A stretch of DNA of 47,342 nt, from the NCBI GenBank assembly GCA_032907585.1, contig JAJJPO010000117.1:1-47342 (forward strand). The letters are read 5' to 3'. Positions 37,940-46,202 of this stretch are shown here, in pieces; the stretch's first letter is position 1, and every line of letters starts with the position of its first letter. Under the pieces are notes generated by a model that was given only the letters and a program-made list of their open reading frames with translations, did not search any database and had not been told where the DNA came from. The DNA comes from Sphingomonas sp. GTDB taxonomy: Bacteria; Pseudomonadota; Alphaproteobacteria; Sphingomonadales; Sphingomonadaceae. A program made the translations under genes and the position numbers.

Positions 37940-38883
37940 GGCAGATGTTCTGTCTCGGGCTCGGGCACGGCCTTCTTCTTCCGGCCCCGGCCCGGCCTGC
38001 CGGCGGCCATCGCCCAGAGATAGAGCGCTAGCGCGGTCCAGATGCAGCCGAACGCAATGGCATGGGGGGTGGTGAAGGGCTCACCATAGATCGCGACCGC
38101 CAGCAGGAACTGGAGCGTCGGGGCGATGAACTGCAATATCCCGACCGTTGAATAGGCGAGGCGCCGCGCCGCGGCGGTGAAGCAGAGCAGCGGGACGGTC
38201 GAAACCACGCCCGCTGCGACGAGAAGCGCCGCCTCGTGATCGCCAGGACCCATTGGCTGGCCGATGGCTCCACCGAGCAGCAGCCAGCCGAGCGCCAGCG
38301 GGAACAGCAGGGTCGTCTCGACGGTCAGCCCGGCCAGCGATTCGACATGGATGATCTTGCGCAGGAGGCCATAGGTCGCGAAGCTGAAGCAGAGCGTCAG
38401 GCTGATCCACAAGGTGCCGAGGGCACCGGCGGCAAGCACCGCGATGCCCCCCGCGGCGAGGACCACCGCCGTCCATTGCAGCCTGGTCAGCCGTTCCTTC
38501 AGGATGAACCGGCCAAGCAGGATATTGGCCAGCGGATTGAGATAATAGCCGAGGCTCCCGGCAAGGATGTGCCCGCTGTTTATCGCGTAGACGTAGAGCA
38601 GCCAGTTGGTGCCGATCAGCAGGGCCGTCAGGAACAGCATCGACAATGCCCTGGGGCTCCTCACCGCTTCGGCTATCTGCTTCCAGGCCCTCGCGGCGGT
38701 GACCAGGATAACCAGCACGAGCAGGGACCAGACGATCCGGTGGGCAACGATGTCGATCGCTGGCACCGCCTCCAGCCACTTGAAATAGACTGGCATGACG
38801 CCCCACAGGCCATAGGCTGCGAGGCCGTAGAAAAAGCCCGCCCTGGCGCGGCGGGCGGCGGCATGGTCGACCGGAGAGTTCAT
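37936..38883 (-). CDS. rarD: EamA/DMT transporter RarD
   Basis: AYGLWG..P.YFK, AHRIVWS, NWLLYVYA, SLGYYLNPL, YGLLRK, QFIAPTLQF. Confidence 0.93.
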   Translation of the reverse strand: MNSPVDHAAARRARAGFFYGLAAYGLWGVMPVYFKWLEAVPAIDIVAHRIVWSLLVLVILVTAARAWKQIAEAVRSPRALSMLFLTALLIGTNWLLYVYAINSGHILAGSLGYYLNPLANILLGRFILKERLTRLQWTAVVLAAGGIAVLAAGALGTLWISLTLCFSFATYGLLRKIIHVESLAGLTVETTLLFPLALGWLLLGGAIGQPMGPGDHEAALLVAAGVVSTVPLLCFTAAARRLAYSTVGILQFIAPTLQFLLAVAIYGEPFTTPHAIAFGCIWTALALYLWAMAAGRPGRGRKKKAVPEPETEHLP

Positions 38884-39010
38884 CAGCGGTGCGCCTAGCG
38901 AGGGTTACGGCACAGTCAATCGGCGTGATGAACGGAAGTTTAGTTGAAAGCGTTGCGGGCCTTTGTCACCCTGTCGTTTGCTCGGGGAAATATTTTAAGG
39001 AGTCGCTCAA

Positions 39011-39682
39011 TTGAGACCCTTTCGGTCGGTTCTGCTGATGCTGGCAATTGTACCCGCGGGCTGCAACCTACCGGGGGTGGGCGACGACAAGCCTCGCCCG
39101 GTGATCACCGCGACTCCGCCGACCAAGGCGGACGTCTGGCTGGACGTCGCCCGGTCCGAGGATGCAAATCGCATTCGCCGGGTAGCCGCCGCCTGGTCCG
39201 AAGGCCTGGACGAGGCTCGCCGCGCGGGTTTCGCGCGTGACATCAACTCGGAAGGAAAGCTGAACGGGCCCGCTGCCGCACCGGCCAAGCCAGCGCCGAC
39301 ACCCGGGAGTTACAGCTGCCGGATGATCCGGCTCGGAAAGGAAGGCGGCAAGGGCCCGGCATTCCAGAAGTTCAAGCCCTTCTTCTGCTACATCAACGTC
39401 GAGGGCGACCTGTTCACCATCGTCAAGCAGACCGGGAGCCAGCGGCCCGCGGGAAGGCTGTGGGAAGACGATGACCCGACGAGGCTGATCTTCCTCGGCT
39501 CGCTCGCGCTCGGGAACGAGGACGAGGCCCGTGCCTATGGCGAGGACCCGTCGCGCGACATGGCCGGTGTTTTCGAGCGGATTGCGCCATTCAGGTGGCG
39601 CCTGGTCATCCCGTTCAGCCAGTCGGGCGCAAGGCTTGACCTGTTCGAACTGACCCCGGTGGCGGAGCAGCCTTCGGAATGA
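39011..39682 (+). CDS. DUF4893-like lipoprotein
   Basis: TTG start, lipobox PAGC; PGSYSCRMIRLG, FFCYI, KQTGSQRPAGRL, RD.AG.FER. Confidence 0.75.
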   Translation: MRPFRSVLLMLAIVPAGCNLPGVGDDKPRPVITATPPTKADVWLDVARSEDANRIRRVAAAWSEGLDEARRAGFARDINSEGKLNGPAAAPAKPAPTPGSYSCRMIRLGKEGGKGPAFQKFKPFFCYINVEGDLFTIVKQTGSQRPAGRLWEDDDPTRLIFLGSLALGNEDEARAYGEDPSRDMAGVFERIAPFRWRLVIPFSQSGARLDLFELTPVAEQPSE

Positions 39683-40050
39683 GCCTGTCCGACCCGGCAG
39701 AAGTTCGGGCTCATCTGGTCGCCGCCGCCGCCGCCGGACACGCGCTTACCTATTCGCAGCTGCTCGAGCATCTCGGCTATGGATTCTCCAGGCCGAAGAT
39801 GAGGCAGCTGTGCAAGACGCTCGGTGCCGTCGATCGCGAGGCCGCGTCGCGCGGGGAGCCGGAACTCGCGGTCCTCGTCGTTCGCCAGTCCGACCGGATT
39901 CCCGGCCAGGGCTGGTGGGTCGCGGGCGGCGGGACGGCACATGGCTACGAGGGGCCATGGGAGGGCCCCAGGGCTGAAAAGTTCGTCCGTGAGCTCCAGC
40001 AGAAGAGTTTCGATTATTGGGCAATGGCGAAGGAAGCCGCTTCCGGCTAA
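39679..40050 (+). CDS. Hypothetical protein, possible ATL/MGMT-like winged-helix domain
   Basis: LTYSQLL...L...P.LAVLVV..S..IPG.GW pattern; ATGA overlap with upstream gene. Confidence 0.6.
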   Translation: MSLSDPAEVRAHLVAAAAAGHALTYSQLLEHLGYGFSRPKMRQLCKTLGAVDREAASRGEPELAVLVVRQSDRIPGQGWWVAGGGTAHGYEGPWEGPRAEKFVRELQQKSFDYWAMAKEAASG

Positions 40051-40059
40051 GGGGCCGGC

Positions 40060-41196
40060 ATGGCAGCTTCCAGCGAAAATGTGCGGACGTTCACCGTCGG
40101 CGACGATGATGACGGGATTCGCCTCGATCGCTGGTTCAAGCGTCACATGCCCGACGTCAGCTTCAACCTCGTGTCGCGATGGGCAAGGACGGGGCAGATC
40201 AGGGTCGATGGCAAGCGCGCAGCGCCGGGCGACCGGCTGGAAGCCGGGCAGAGCCTGCGCGTGCCTCCTGCCGAACCTGCCGCCGCCGAGGGCCCGGGCG
40301 CCCGGCCGAGGCGAATGGTGCAGCCCCTGACCGAGGACGAGCAGTCCTTCGTGCAGGAGATGGTGCTCGACCGTGGCCGCGACTGGTTCATGCTCAACAA
40401 GCCCCCGGGCCTCGCGACGCAGGGCGGGACCAAGACGGTCCAGCATCTCGATCGGCTCCTTGACGGGCTCGCCGACGACCAGGGCCAGCGCCCCAAGCTG
40501 GTTCACCGGCTGGACAAGGATACCAGCGGCGTCCTGCTGGTCGCGCGCTCGGCCCGGGCTGCCGCCCATTTCACCAGGGCCTTTGCCGGCCGGACGGCGC
40601 GCAAGGTCTATTGGGCGATCATCACCGGCGTTCCCTCGGTGGAGGAGGGGCTGATCGATGCGCCGCTGGCCAAGCAGCCAGGAAGCGGCGGGGAGAAAAT
40701 GCACGTCGACGAAGAAAATGGCCTTCCGGCGCGCACGCGCTACCGGCTGATCGACCGCGCCGGCAATCGTGCCGCCTGGGTCGAGCTGCAGCCGCTCACC
40801 GGCCGGACGCACCAGCTTCGCGCCCACATGGCGGCAATCGGCCATCCGATCGTCGGAGACGCCAAATATGGTGGCGCCGAAGCCTTCCTCACCGGCGGAA
40901 TAAGCCGGAAACTGCATCTCCACGCGCGCCGGCTGAAGATCGAGGGGCTGGACGGCAAGCCCATTGACCAGACGGCCGATCTTCCATCCCACTTCACCGA
41001 GACGCTGGCGGCGCTGGGCTTTGATCCGCGTGCGGGAGACAATCTTCCGCTGGACACACCCGATCCTGCAAAGCTGCCCGAGGCGAAGGCGCGGCGAGCG
41101 GCGGCCCATGCAAAATCGGTCCGAAAGGCCCGCAAGGGAGAGCGGCGCGCGCGCGGCGGCGATACCTCCTCGAGGCCGCAGCGGCGGAAGCGCTGA
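40060..41196 (+). CDS. rluC: RluA-family (RluC-like) 23S rRNA pseudouridine synthase
   Basis: S4 domain RLDRWF; NKPPGLATQGG, LVHRLDKDTSG, TGRTHQLRAH, PIVGD.KYG, LHLHA. Confidence 0.88.
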   Translation: MAASSENVRTFTVGDDDDGIRLDRWFKRHMPDVSFNLVSRWARTGQIRVDGKRAAPGDRLEAGQSLRVPPAEPAAAEGPGARPRRMVQPLTEDEQSFVQEMVLDRGRDWFMLNKPPGLATQGGTKTVQHLDRLLDGLADDQGQRPKLVHRLDKDTSGVLLVARSARAAAHFTRAFAGRTARKVYWAIITGVPSVEEGLIDAPLAKQPGSGGEKMHVDEENGLPARTRYRLIDRAGNRAAWVELQPLTGRTHQLRAHMAAIGHPIVGDAKYGGAEAFLTGGISRKLHLHARRLKIEGLDGKPIDQTADLPSHFTETLAALGFDPRAGDNLPLDTPDPAKLPEAKARRAAAHAKSVRKARKGERRARGGDTSSRPQRRKR

Positions 41197-41227
41197 TGGA
41201 AGGCGATCCCGTGCCGGGAGCCCGCTG

Positions 41228-41890
41228 GTGACCAGGCTCGCGATCTTCGACTGCGACGGGACGCTGGTCGATAGCGGCGCGACCATCCGGACAGCGCTCG
41301 AGCAGGCCTTTTCAGTCCACGGCCTCGACTGCCCGCCGCCGGAAATCTCGCGCAAGGTGATCGGCCTTAGCCTCATGGAATGCATGGCCGTTCTGGCGCC
41401 TGGCGCCGACCACGCGGCGCTTACCAGGAGCTACAAGGACGCCTTCTTCGCGCTTCGAGGCGCGGGCGAGGTATACGAACCGCTTTTCGAAGGCGTTACT
41501 GAACTGCTCGAGGCGATGGAGGCTGACGGCTGGCTGCTTGGCGTTGCTACCGGAAAAAGCAGGCGCGGGCTCGACCATTGCCTCGATAGCCATGGGCTTT
41601 CCGGGCGATTCGTCACGCTCCAGACAGCGGATCACCACCCCTCAAAGCCGCACCCGGCGATGGCCATCGCCGCAATGGCCGAGGCAGGTGCACCGCCTGG
41701 CCGGACGGTGTTTATCGGCGATACCGGCTGGGACATGGGCTGCGCCCGAAACGCGGGCGTCGGGGCAATCGGCGTGGCCTGGGGCTATCACGAGGTCGAG
41801 GAGCTCGAAGCGCAGGGCGCCCAGGGGGTCGCCTCGAGGCCTGCCGAGGTGATGGCGCTTGCGCGGGACTGGATCGGGAGAGCGGGATGA
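41228..41890 (+). CDS. HAD-IA family hydrolase (phosphoglycolate phosphatase-like)
   Basis: GTG start; IFDCDGTLVDS, ATGK, SKPHP, IGDT..D. Confidence 0.9.
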   Translation: MTRLAIFDCDGTLVDSGATIRTALEQAFSVHGLDCPPPEISRKVIGLSLMECMAVLAPGADHAALTRSYKDAFFALRGAGEVYEPLFEGVTELLEAMEADGWLLGVATGKSRRGLDHCLDSHGLSGRFVTLQTADHHPSKPHPAMAIAAMAEAGAPPGRTVFIGDTGWDMGCARNAGVGAIGVAWGYHEVEELEAQGAQGVASRPAEVMALARDWIGRAG

Positions 41891-42108
41891 ACGACGAAGT
41901 ATTGTGGAAGAAGCGCTTTCAGCTGTTCATGGGCGTGCGGCTGATCGGCGTACTGACCTTCTTCGCCGGCGTGGCCATTGCCTTTACCGATCTCGTCCAG
42001 CCCGGAGGTTCGAGGACGATCGGCGCAATCCTCGCCATCGTCGGCATGCTCGACGCGCTCGTTGCGCCGCGCCTCATCAAGAAGAGCTGGGAGCGCCCGG
42101 GAAAGTGA
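41887..42108 (+). CDS. Small two-TM membrane protein
   Basis: Two hydrophobic segments; ATGA and GTGA overlaps with both neighbours. Confidence 0.75.
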   Translation: MNDEVLWKKRFQLFMGVRLIGVLTFFAGVAIAFTDLVQPGGSRTIGAILAIVGMLDALVAPRLIKKSWERPGK

Positions 42109-42800
42109 AGCGCTTCTGGGCCCTCGCCGAAGCGAAGGAAGCCGCCGGCGGCTTCGCGATAACCCTCGACGGCCGGCCGGTGAAGACTCCGGCCCGGGCC
42201 GAGCTCATCGTCCCCTGGCGGGCGATGGCCGAAGAAATCGCCGCCGAGTGGAACGGATGCGGCGACGAGGTCGACCCGGCTGCAATGCCGATGACGGGCC
42301 TTGCCAATGCGGCGATCGACCGCATCGGCCCCGACAAGGATGATTATGCGTCCGGCCTCGCGGCTTATGGCGAATCCGACCTCCTCTGCTACCGGGCTGA
42401 AGGCCCCGATGCGCTGGTCCGCTGGCAGGCCGAGAGTTGGGACGCGCTGCTTCACTGGGCGAGGCGGCGCTATGACGTGGACTTCAGCTGCCAGGCCGGG
42501 GTGATGCATGTTGCCCAGCCCGGGGAAACGGTTCGGCGGCTGGCCCACGCGGTGAAAGTCCTTGGCCCGTTCGAGCTTGCCGGCCTTTCGCCGCTCGTCA
42601 CCATCGGCGGATCGCTGGTCGCGGCGCTTGCAATATATGAAAAGATGATGCCGGCCGAGACGGCCTGGGACGCGGTCAGCCTCGAGGATCGCTGGCAGCT
42701 CGAGCAGTGGGGCGATGATCCTGATGCCCGTGCAGCGCTCGACGCACGGCGGCGCGATTTCCTCGCGGCCGCCCGCTTCCTAGACCTGTGCCGCTCCTGA
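42105..42800 (+). CDS. ATP12 family F1-ATPase assembly chaperone
   Basis: GTG start; KRFW, LDGRPVKTP, AEW, MPMTGLANAAID, DLLCYRA, WQLEQWG. Confidence 0.92.
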   Translation: MKRFWALAEAKEAAGGFAITLDGRPVKTPARAELIVPWRAMAEEIAAEWNGCGDEVDPAAMPMTGLANAAIDRIGPDKDDYASGLAAYGESDLLCYRAEGPDALVRWQAESWDALLHWARRRYDVDFSCQAGVMHVAQPGETVRRLAHAVKVLGPFELAGLSPLVTIGGSLVAALAIYEKMMPAETAWDAVSLEDRWQLEQWGDDPDARAALDARRRDFLAAARFLDLCRS

Positions 42801-43448
42801 ACCGGCGACGAGGTCACGAACGAAGCCGACGAGGCCCGCCTGGCGCCAGCGCTTGAGCCGTTCCGCAGCGAGAATCGCGCGCACTTCCTCCAGGCATTCG
42901 TTCATGTCCTCGTTGATGAGCACATATTCATATTCGGCCCAGTGGCTGATCTCCGCGGCAGCGCGCTGCATCCTGCTTGCGATGACCTCCTCGCTGTCGG
43001 TTCCACGGTTGCGCAGTCGTCGGTCGAGCTCGGCCATGGAGGGCGGCAGGATGAAAACGCGGACCAGGTCCTCGCCCATCGCCGCGTGGAGCTGCTGGGT
43101 ACCCTGCCAGTCGATGTCGAAGATGACGTCCCGGCCATCGCGAAGCGCCGCCTTGATCGGCGCCTGGGGGGAACCATAGTGATAGTCGAATACCGGCGCC
43201 CATTCGGCGAACTCGCCGTCCTGGATCATTCGCTGGAACTCGGCATCGTCGACGAAATGATAGTCCCGCCCGTCCACCTCGCCCGGCCGCATGGGGCGGG
43301 TCGTTGCGCTGATCGACATGGTGATGTGGGGATCGGCTTCCTGCAGCATCCGGCTGATGGTGGATTTCCCGGCCCCTGACGGGGAGGAAAGGACGATCAG
43401 CAGTCCGCGACGGCGGCGTGGAATGGGGGGGGAGGTCGGCTCGGCCAT
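42780..43448 (-). CDS. gmk: Guanylate kinase
   Basis: SSPSGAGKST, SATTRPMRPGEVDGRDYHF, DIDWQG, ILPPS. Confidence 0.97.
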   Translation of the reverse strand: MAEPTSPPIPRRRRGLLIVLSSPSGAGKSTISRMLQEADPHITMSISATTRPMRPGEVDGRDYHFVDDAEFQRMIQDGEFAEWAPVFDYHYGSPQAPIKAALRDGRDVIFDIDWQGTQQLHAAMGEDLVRVFILPPSMAELDRRLRNRGTDSEEVIASRMQRAAAEISHWAEYEYVLINEDMNECLEEVRAILAAERLKRWRQAGLVGFVRDLVAGSGAAQV

Positions 43449-43502
43449 GCGTGCTGTTGCCTTGGCGGCTGCCGGTGCGTCAAGCGCGACGGCCCGATCA
43501 GC

Positions 43503-43563
43503 TTATTGTGCAATGCACAAAAACTCTTGAAATCCATGCCGCACTGCATTATTGTGCAATGCA
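43503..43563 (+). promoter_or_regulatory. Phasin promoter with PhaR-type operators
   Basis: 15-bp direct repeat TTATTGTGCAATGCA at 43503 and 43549; palindrome TTGTGCA-A-TGCACAA 43506-43520; TTGAAA-N17-TATTGT at 43527-43555. Confidence 0.8.
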
Positions 43564-43578
43564 ACAAAGGAGTTTGAC

Positions 43579-44346
43579 GTGGCTGACGAGACCAAGGTCG
43601 AAGAGAAAGTGAATGTCGTTGCCGAGGCCAGTGAAGTGGCCGAGGCCGCTCCCGTGAAAGCCGGGCCGGAAGCGGCTCCGGTTGCGGCCATCAAGGTGAA
43701 GCCGGCAGCCAAGCGCGGCAGGGGGCGTCCTGCTTCCTCCCGGGCCCGCAAGACGCCGGCCAAGGTCGTCGAGGCCGTCAAGACCGTCAACAGGCGCGCG
43801 GCAAAGTCTGTCCGCGGCGCTCGCAAGGCAGCCGAGGCGAAGCCCGCCGCGTCCGCCAGGAAATTCGAAGGGACCAACAACATGACTTATGATTTCAACA
43901 AGCTGTTCGCCGGCTTCCAGCTTCCGGGTGCCGACCGTTACCAGCAGTTCGTCGCCGAGGCCGGCGAGCGCGGCCAGGAGCTTGCTGCCAGGTCGCAGAA
44001 GGCAGCCGAAGAGCTGACCGACATCGCCAAGGCCAATGTCGAGGCGGTCGTCGAAGCCGGCAAGATCGCCGCGACCGGCGCCAAGGCCCTTGGCCAGGAC
44101 GTCATTGCGTCGAGCCGTGAAGGCATCGAGCAGGCCTCGGACGCGGTGAAGACGCTCGCCGAAGCCCGTTCGCCGGCCGAGTTCTTCCAGATCCAGTCGG
44201 AGCTTGCCCGCGCCTCGTTCGACCGGCTGGTTGCCGAGACCTCGAAGCTCACCGAGCGCGTGGTCAAGCTCGCCGGCGAAGCAGCCGAGCCGATCCAGGC
44301 CCGCGCCAGCCTCAACGCCGAGCGCATCAACTCTCTGGTTGCCTGA
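43579..44346 (+). CDS. Phasin family protein with N-terminal Lys/Arg/Ala-rich extension
   Basis: AAGGAG SD, GTG 43579; phasin domain [11 protein letters not shown]...[24 protein letters not shown]. Confidence 0.88.
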   Translation: MADETKVEEKVNVVAEASEVAEAAPVKAGPEAAPVAAIKVKPAAKRGRGRPASSRARKTPAKVVEAVKTVNRRAAKSVRGARKAAEAKPAASARKFEGTNNMTYDFNKLFAGFQLPGADRYQQFVAEAGERGQELAARSQKAAEELTDIAKANVEAVVEAGKIAATGAKALGQDVIASSREGIEQASDAVKTLAEARSPAEFFQIQSELARASFDRLVAETSKLTERVVKLAGEAAEPIQARASLNAERINSLVA

Positions 44347-44378
44347 CCTCTCCCCCTCTTTGGAAGGCAACCCTGTTC

Positions 44379-44417
44379 GCGGCCGTCTCCCACCCGGGAG
44401 GCGGCCGCCTTTCTTTT
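44379..44417 (+). terminator. Rho-independent terminator after phasin
   Basis: GCGGCCGTCTCCC-ACCC-GGGAGGCGGCCGC followed by CTTTCTTTT. Confidence 0.85.
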
Positions 44418-44479
44418 CGGGACAGGGCGAACCCACCGTCTTGCAGCGCGTTGGCACGTTGCCATATTTGTTCGAGAAG

Positions 44480-44832
44480 ATGTTGCACGACTTGATTCTG
44501 ATGGCCGGCGATGAACCAGGCCGGGGCGACGGGCGCGACGAGATCGAGACCGGCGTTGTCACGCGCACCCGTCCGCGGACCAAGAAGCCGAGCAATTACA
44601 AGGTTCTGATGCTCAATGACGACTATACTCCGATGGAGTCGTGCTCGTGCTGCAGCGCTATTTCTCGATGGACCTCGAGGACGCGACCCGGGTCATGCTC
44701 CAGGTTCACCAGCAGGGCGTCGCCGTCTGCGGTGTCTTCACCTACGAGGTCGCGGAAACCAAGGTCGCGCAGGTGATCGATTTCGCCAGGGAAAACCAGC
44801 ACCCGCTGCAGTGCACGCTGGAGAAGGCATAG
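44480..44832 (+). pseudogene. clpS: ClpS adaptor, frameshifted (apparent 4-nt deletion at about 44638; may be sequencing error)
   Basis: [14 protein letters not shown] in one frame, [41 protein letters not shown] in another; expected MEFVV lacks TTCG. Confidence 0.85.
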
Positions 44833-44908
44833 TCTTTCGAGGCCTTCGCGCCGCCATGCGCCCGGTGCCGCGCTTGCGCGCGAAAGGATGTGCGCTAAAG
44901 CGCATTCG

Positions 44909-46192
44909 ATGGACTCAATTCGCATCACCGGCGGACGGCGCCTCGAAGGGCAGATCCCCATCTCCGGAGCCAAGAACAGCGCGCTTGCGCTTCTCCCATG
45001 CGCTCTCCTCACCGAGGAGAAGCTGACGCTCTCGAACCTGCCGCGGCTGGCGGACGTCGACAGTTTCGGCCACCTCCTCAACCAGCTCGGCGTTTCGACC
45101 CAGGTGGCCGGTGCAAGGGCCAGCCAGCCTTCGAGGCGAATGACGCTGGAGGCGAGCGAGATCGCCTCGACTGTTGCGCCCTACGACATGGTCCGCAAGA
45201 TGCGTGCCTCCATCCTGGTCCTCGGGCCGATGCTCGCCAGGGCCGGCGAATCCACCGTGTCCCTTCCCGGCGGCTGCGCGATCGGGGACCGCCCCATCGA
45301 CCTCCACCTCAGGGCGCTGGAAGCCATGGGCGCGGAAATCGAGCTGGCGGCGGGCTATGTGAAGGCGAAGGCGCCGAAAGGGCGCCTTCCGGGCGGCGAT
45401 TACAGCTTCCCGGTGGTTTCCGTCGGCGCCACCGAGAACGCCGTCATGGCGGCTGTTCTTGCGACCGGCCGGACCCAGCTGTTCAACGCGGCGCGTGAGC
45501 CGGAGATCGCCGATCTTTGCAATCTCCTGGTGGCAATGGGCGCGAAGAGCAGTGGCATTGGCTCGGCGCACCTCATCATCGACGGCGTCGAGGGCCTCCA
45601 TGGCTGCACCTATGAGGTGATGCCCGACCGCATCGAGGCCGGGAGCTATGCCTGCGCTGCGGGGATCACCGGTGGCTCGATCGAGCTCGTCGGCGCCCGG
45701 CCCGCCGACATGCTTGCAATCAACAACGCCCTCGCGGCAGCTGGCCTCATCATCGAGATGACCGACCGCGGGGTCAGGGTAACCGCCGACGGGCCACTCA
45801 AGCCGCTGGCCATCTCGACCGCGCCCTTCCCGGGCTTTCCGACCGACATGCAGGCGCAGTTCATGGCGATGCTTGCCGTCGCCGAAGGCCAGAGCTTCCT
45901 TGAAGAGACCATCTTCGAAAATCGCTACATGCATGTTCCCGAGCTTCGCCGGATGGGAGCGGACATCGAGGTCCATGGGCGCTCGGCAATCGTCAAGGGG
46001 GGGCTGCCGCTCGCCGGGGCGACCGTGATGGCAACCGATCTTCGGGCGTCGATGAGCCTGATCCTTGCCGGCCTCGCCGCCGAGGGCGAGACGGAGGTCC
46101 TTCGCGTCTACCACCTCGATCGCGGCTACGAGCGGCTCGAGGAAAAGCTCGGCGCGGTAGGAGCAAGGATCGAGCGCGTCAGCGCGGGCTGA
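44909..46192 (+). CDS. murA: UDP-N-acetylglucosamine 1-carboxyvinyltransferase
   Basis: [70 protein letters not shown]. Confidence 0.98.
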   Translation: MDSIRITGGRRLEGQIPISGAKNSALALLPCALLTEEKLTLSNLPRLADVDSFGHLLNQLGVSTQVAGARASQPSRRMTLEASEIASTVAPYDMVRKMRASILVLGPMLARAGESTVSLPGGCAIGDRPIDLHLRALEAMGAEIELAAGYVKAKAPKGRLPGGDYSFPVVSVGATENAVMAAVLATGRTQLFNAAREPEIADLCNLLVAMGAKSSGIGSAHLIIDGVEGLHGCTYEVMPDRIEAGSYACAAGITGGSIELVGARPADMLAINNALAAAGLIIEMTDRGVRVTADGPLKPLAISTAPFPGFPTDMQAQFMAMLAVAEGQSFLEETIFENRYMHVPELRRMGADIEVHGRSAIVKGGLPLAGATVMATDLRASMSLILAGLAAEGETEVLRVYHLDRGYERLEEKLGAVGARIERVSAG

Positions 46193-46202
46193 TCAGCCAG
46201 GT

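Noticed and set aside
39535-41385. 616-aa minus-strand ORF and similar long antisense ORFs (26280..27884, 2452..3831, 6763..8133)
   Set aside because: They lie opposite well-supported genes and show no recognisable motifs; high-GC shadows.
44451-44470. Sigma54 promoter at TTGGCACGTTGC before clpS
   Set aside because: GG and GC are not 10 nt apart. A CTTG-N18-CCATAT RpoH-like reading fits better but is too weak to list.
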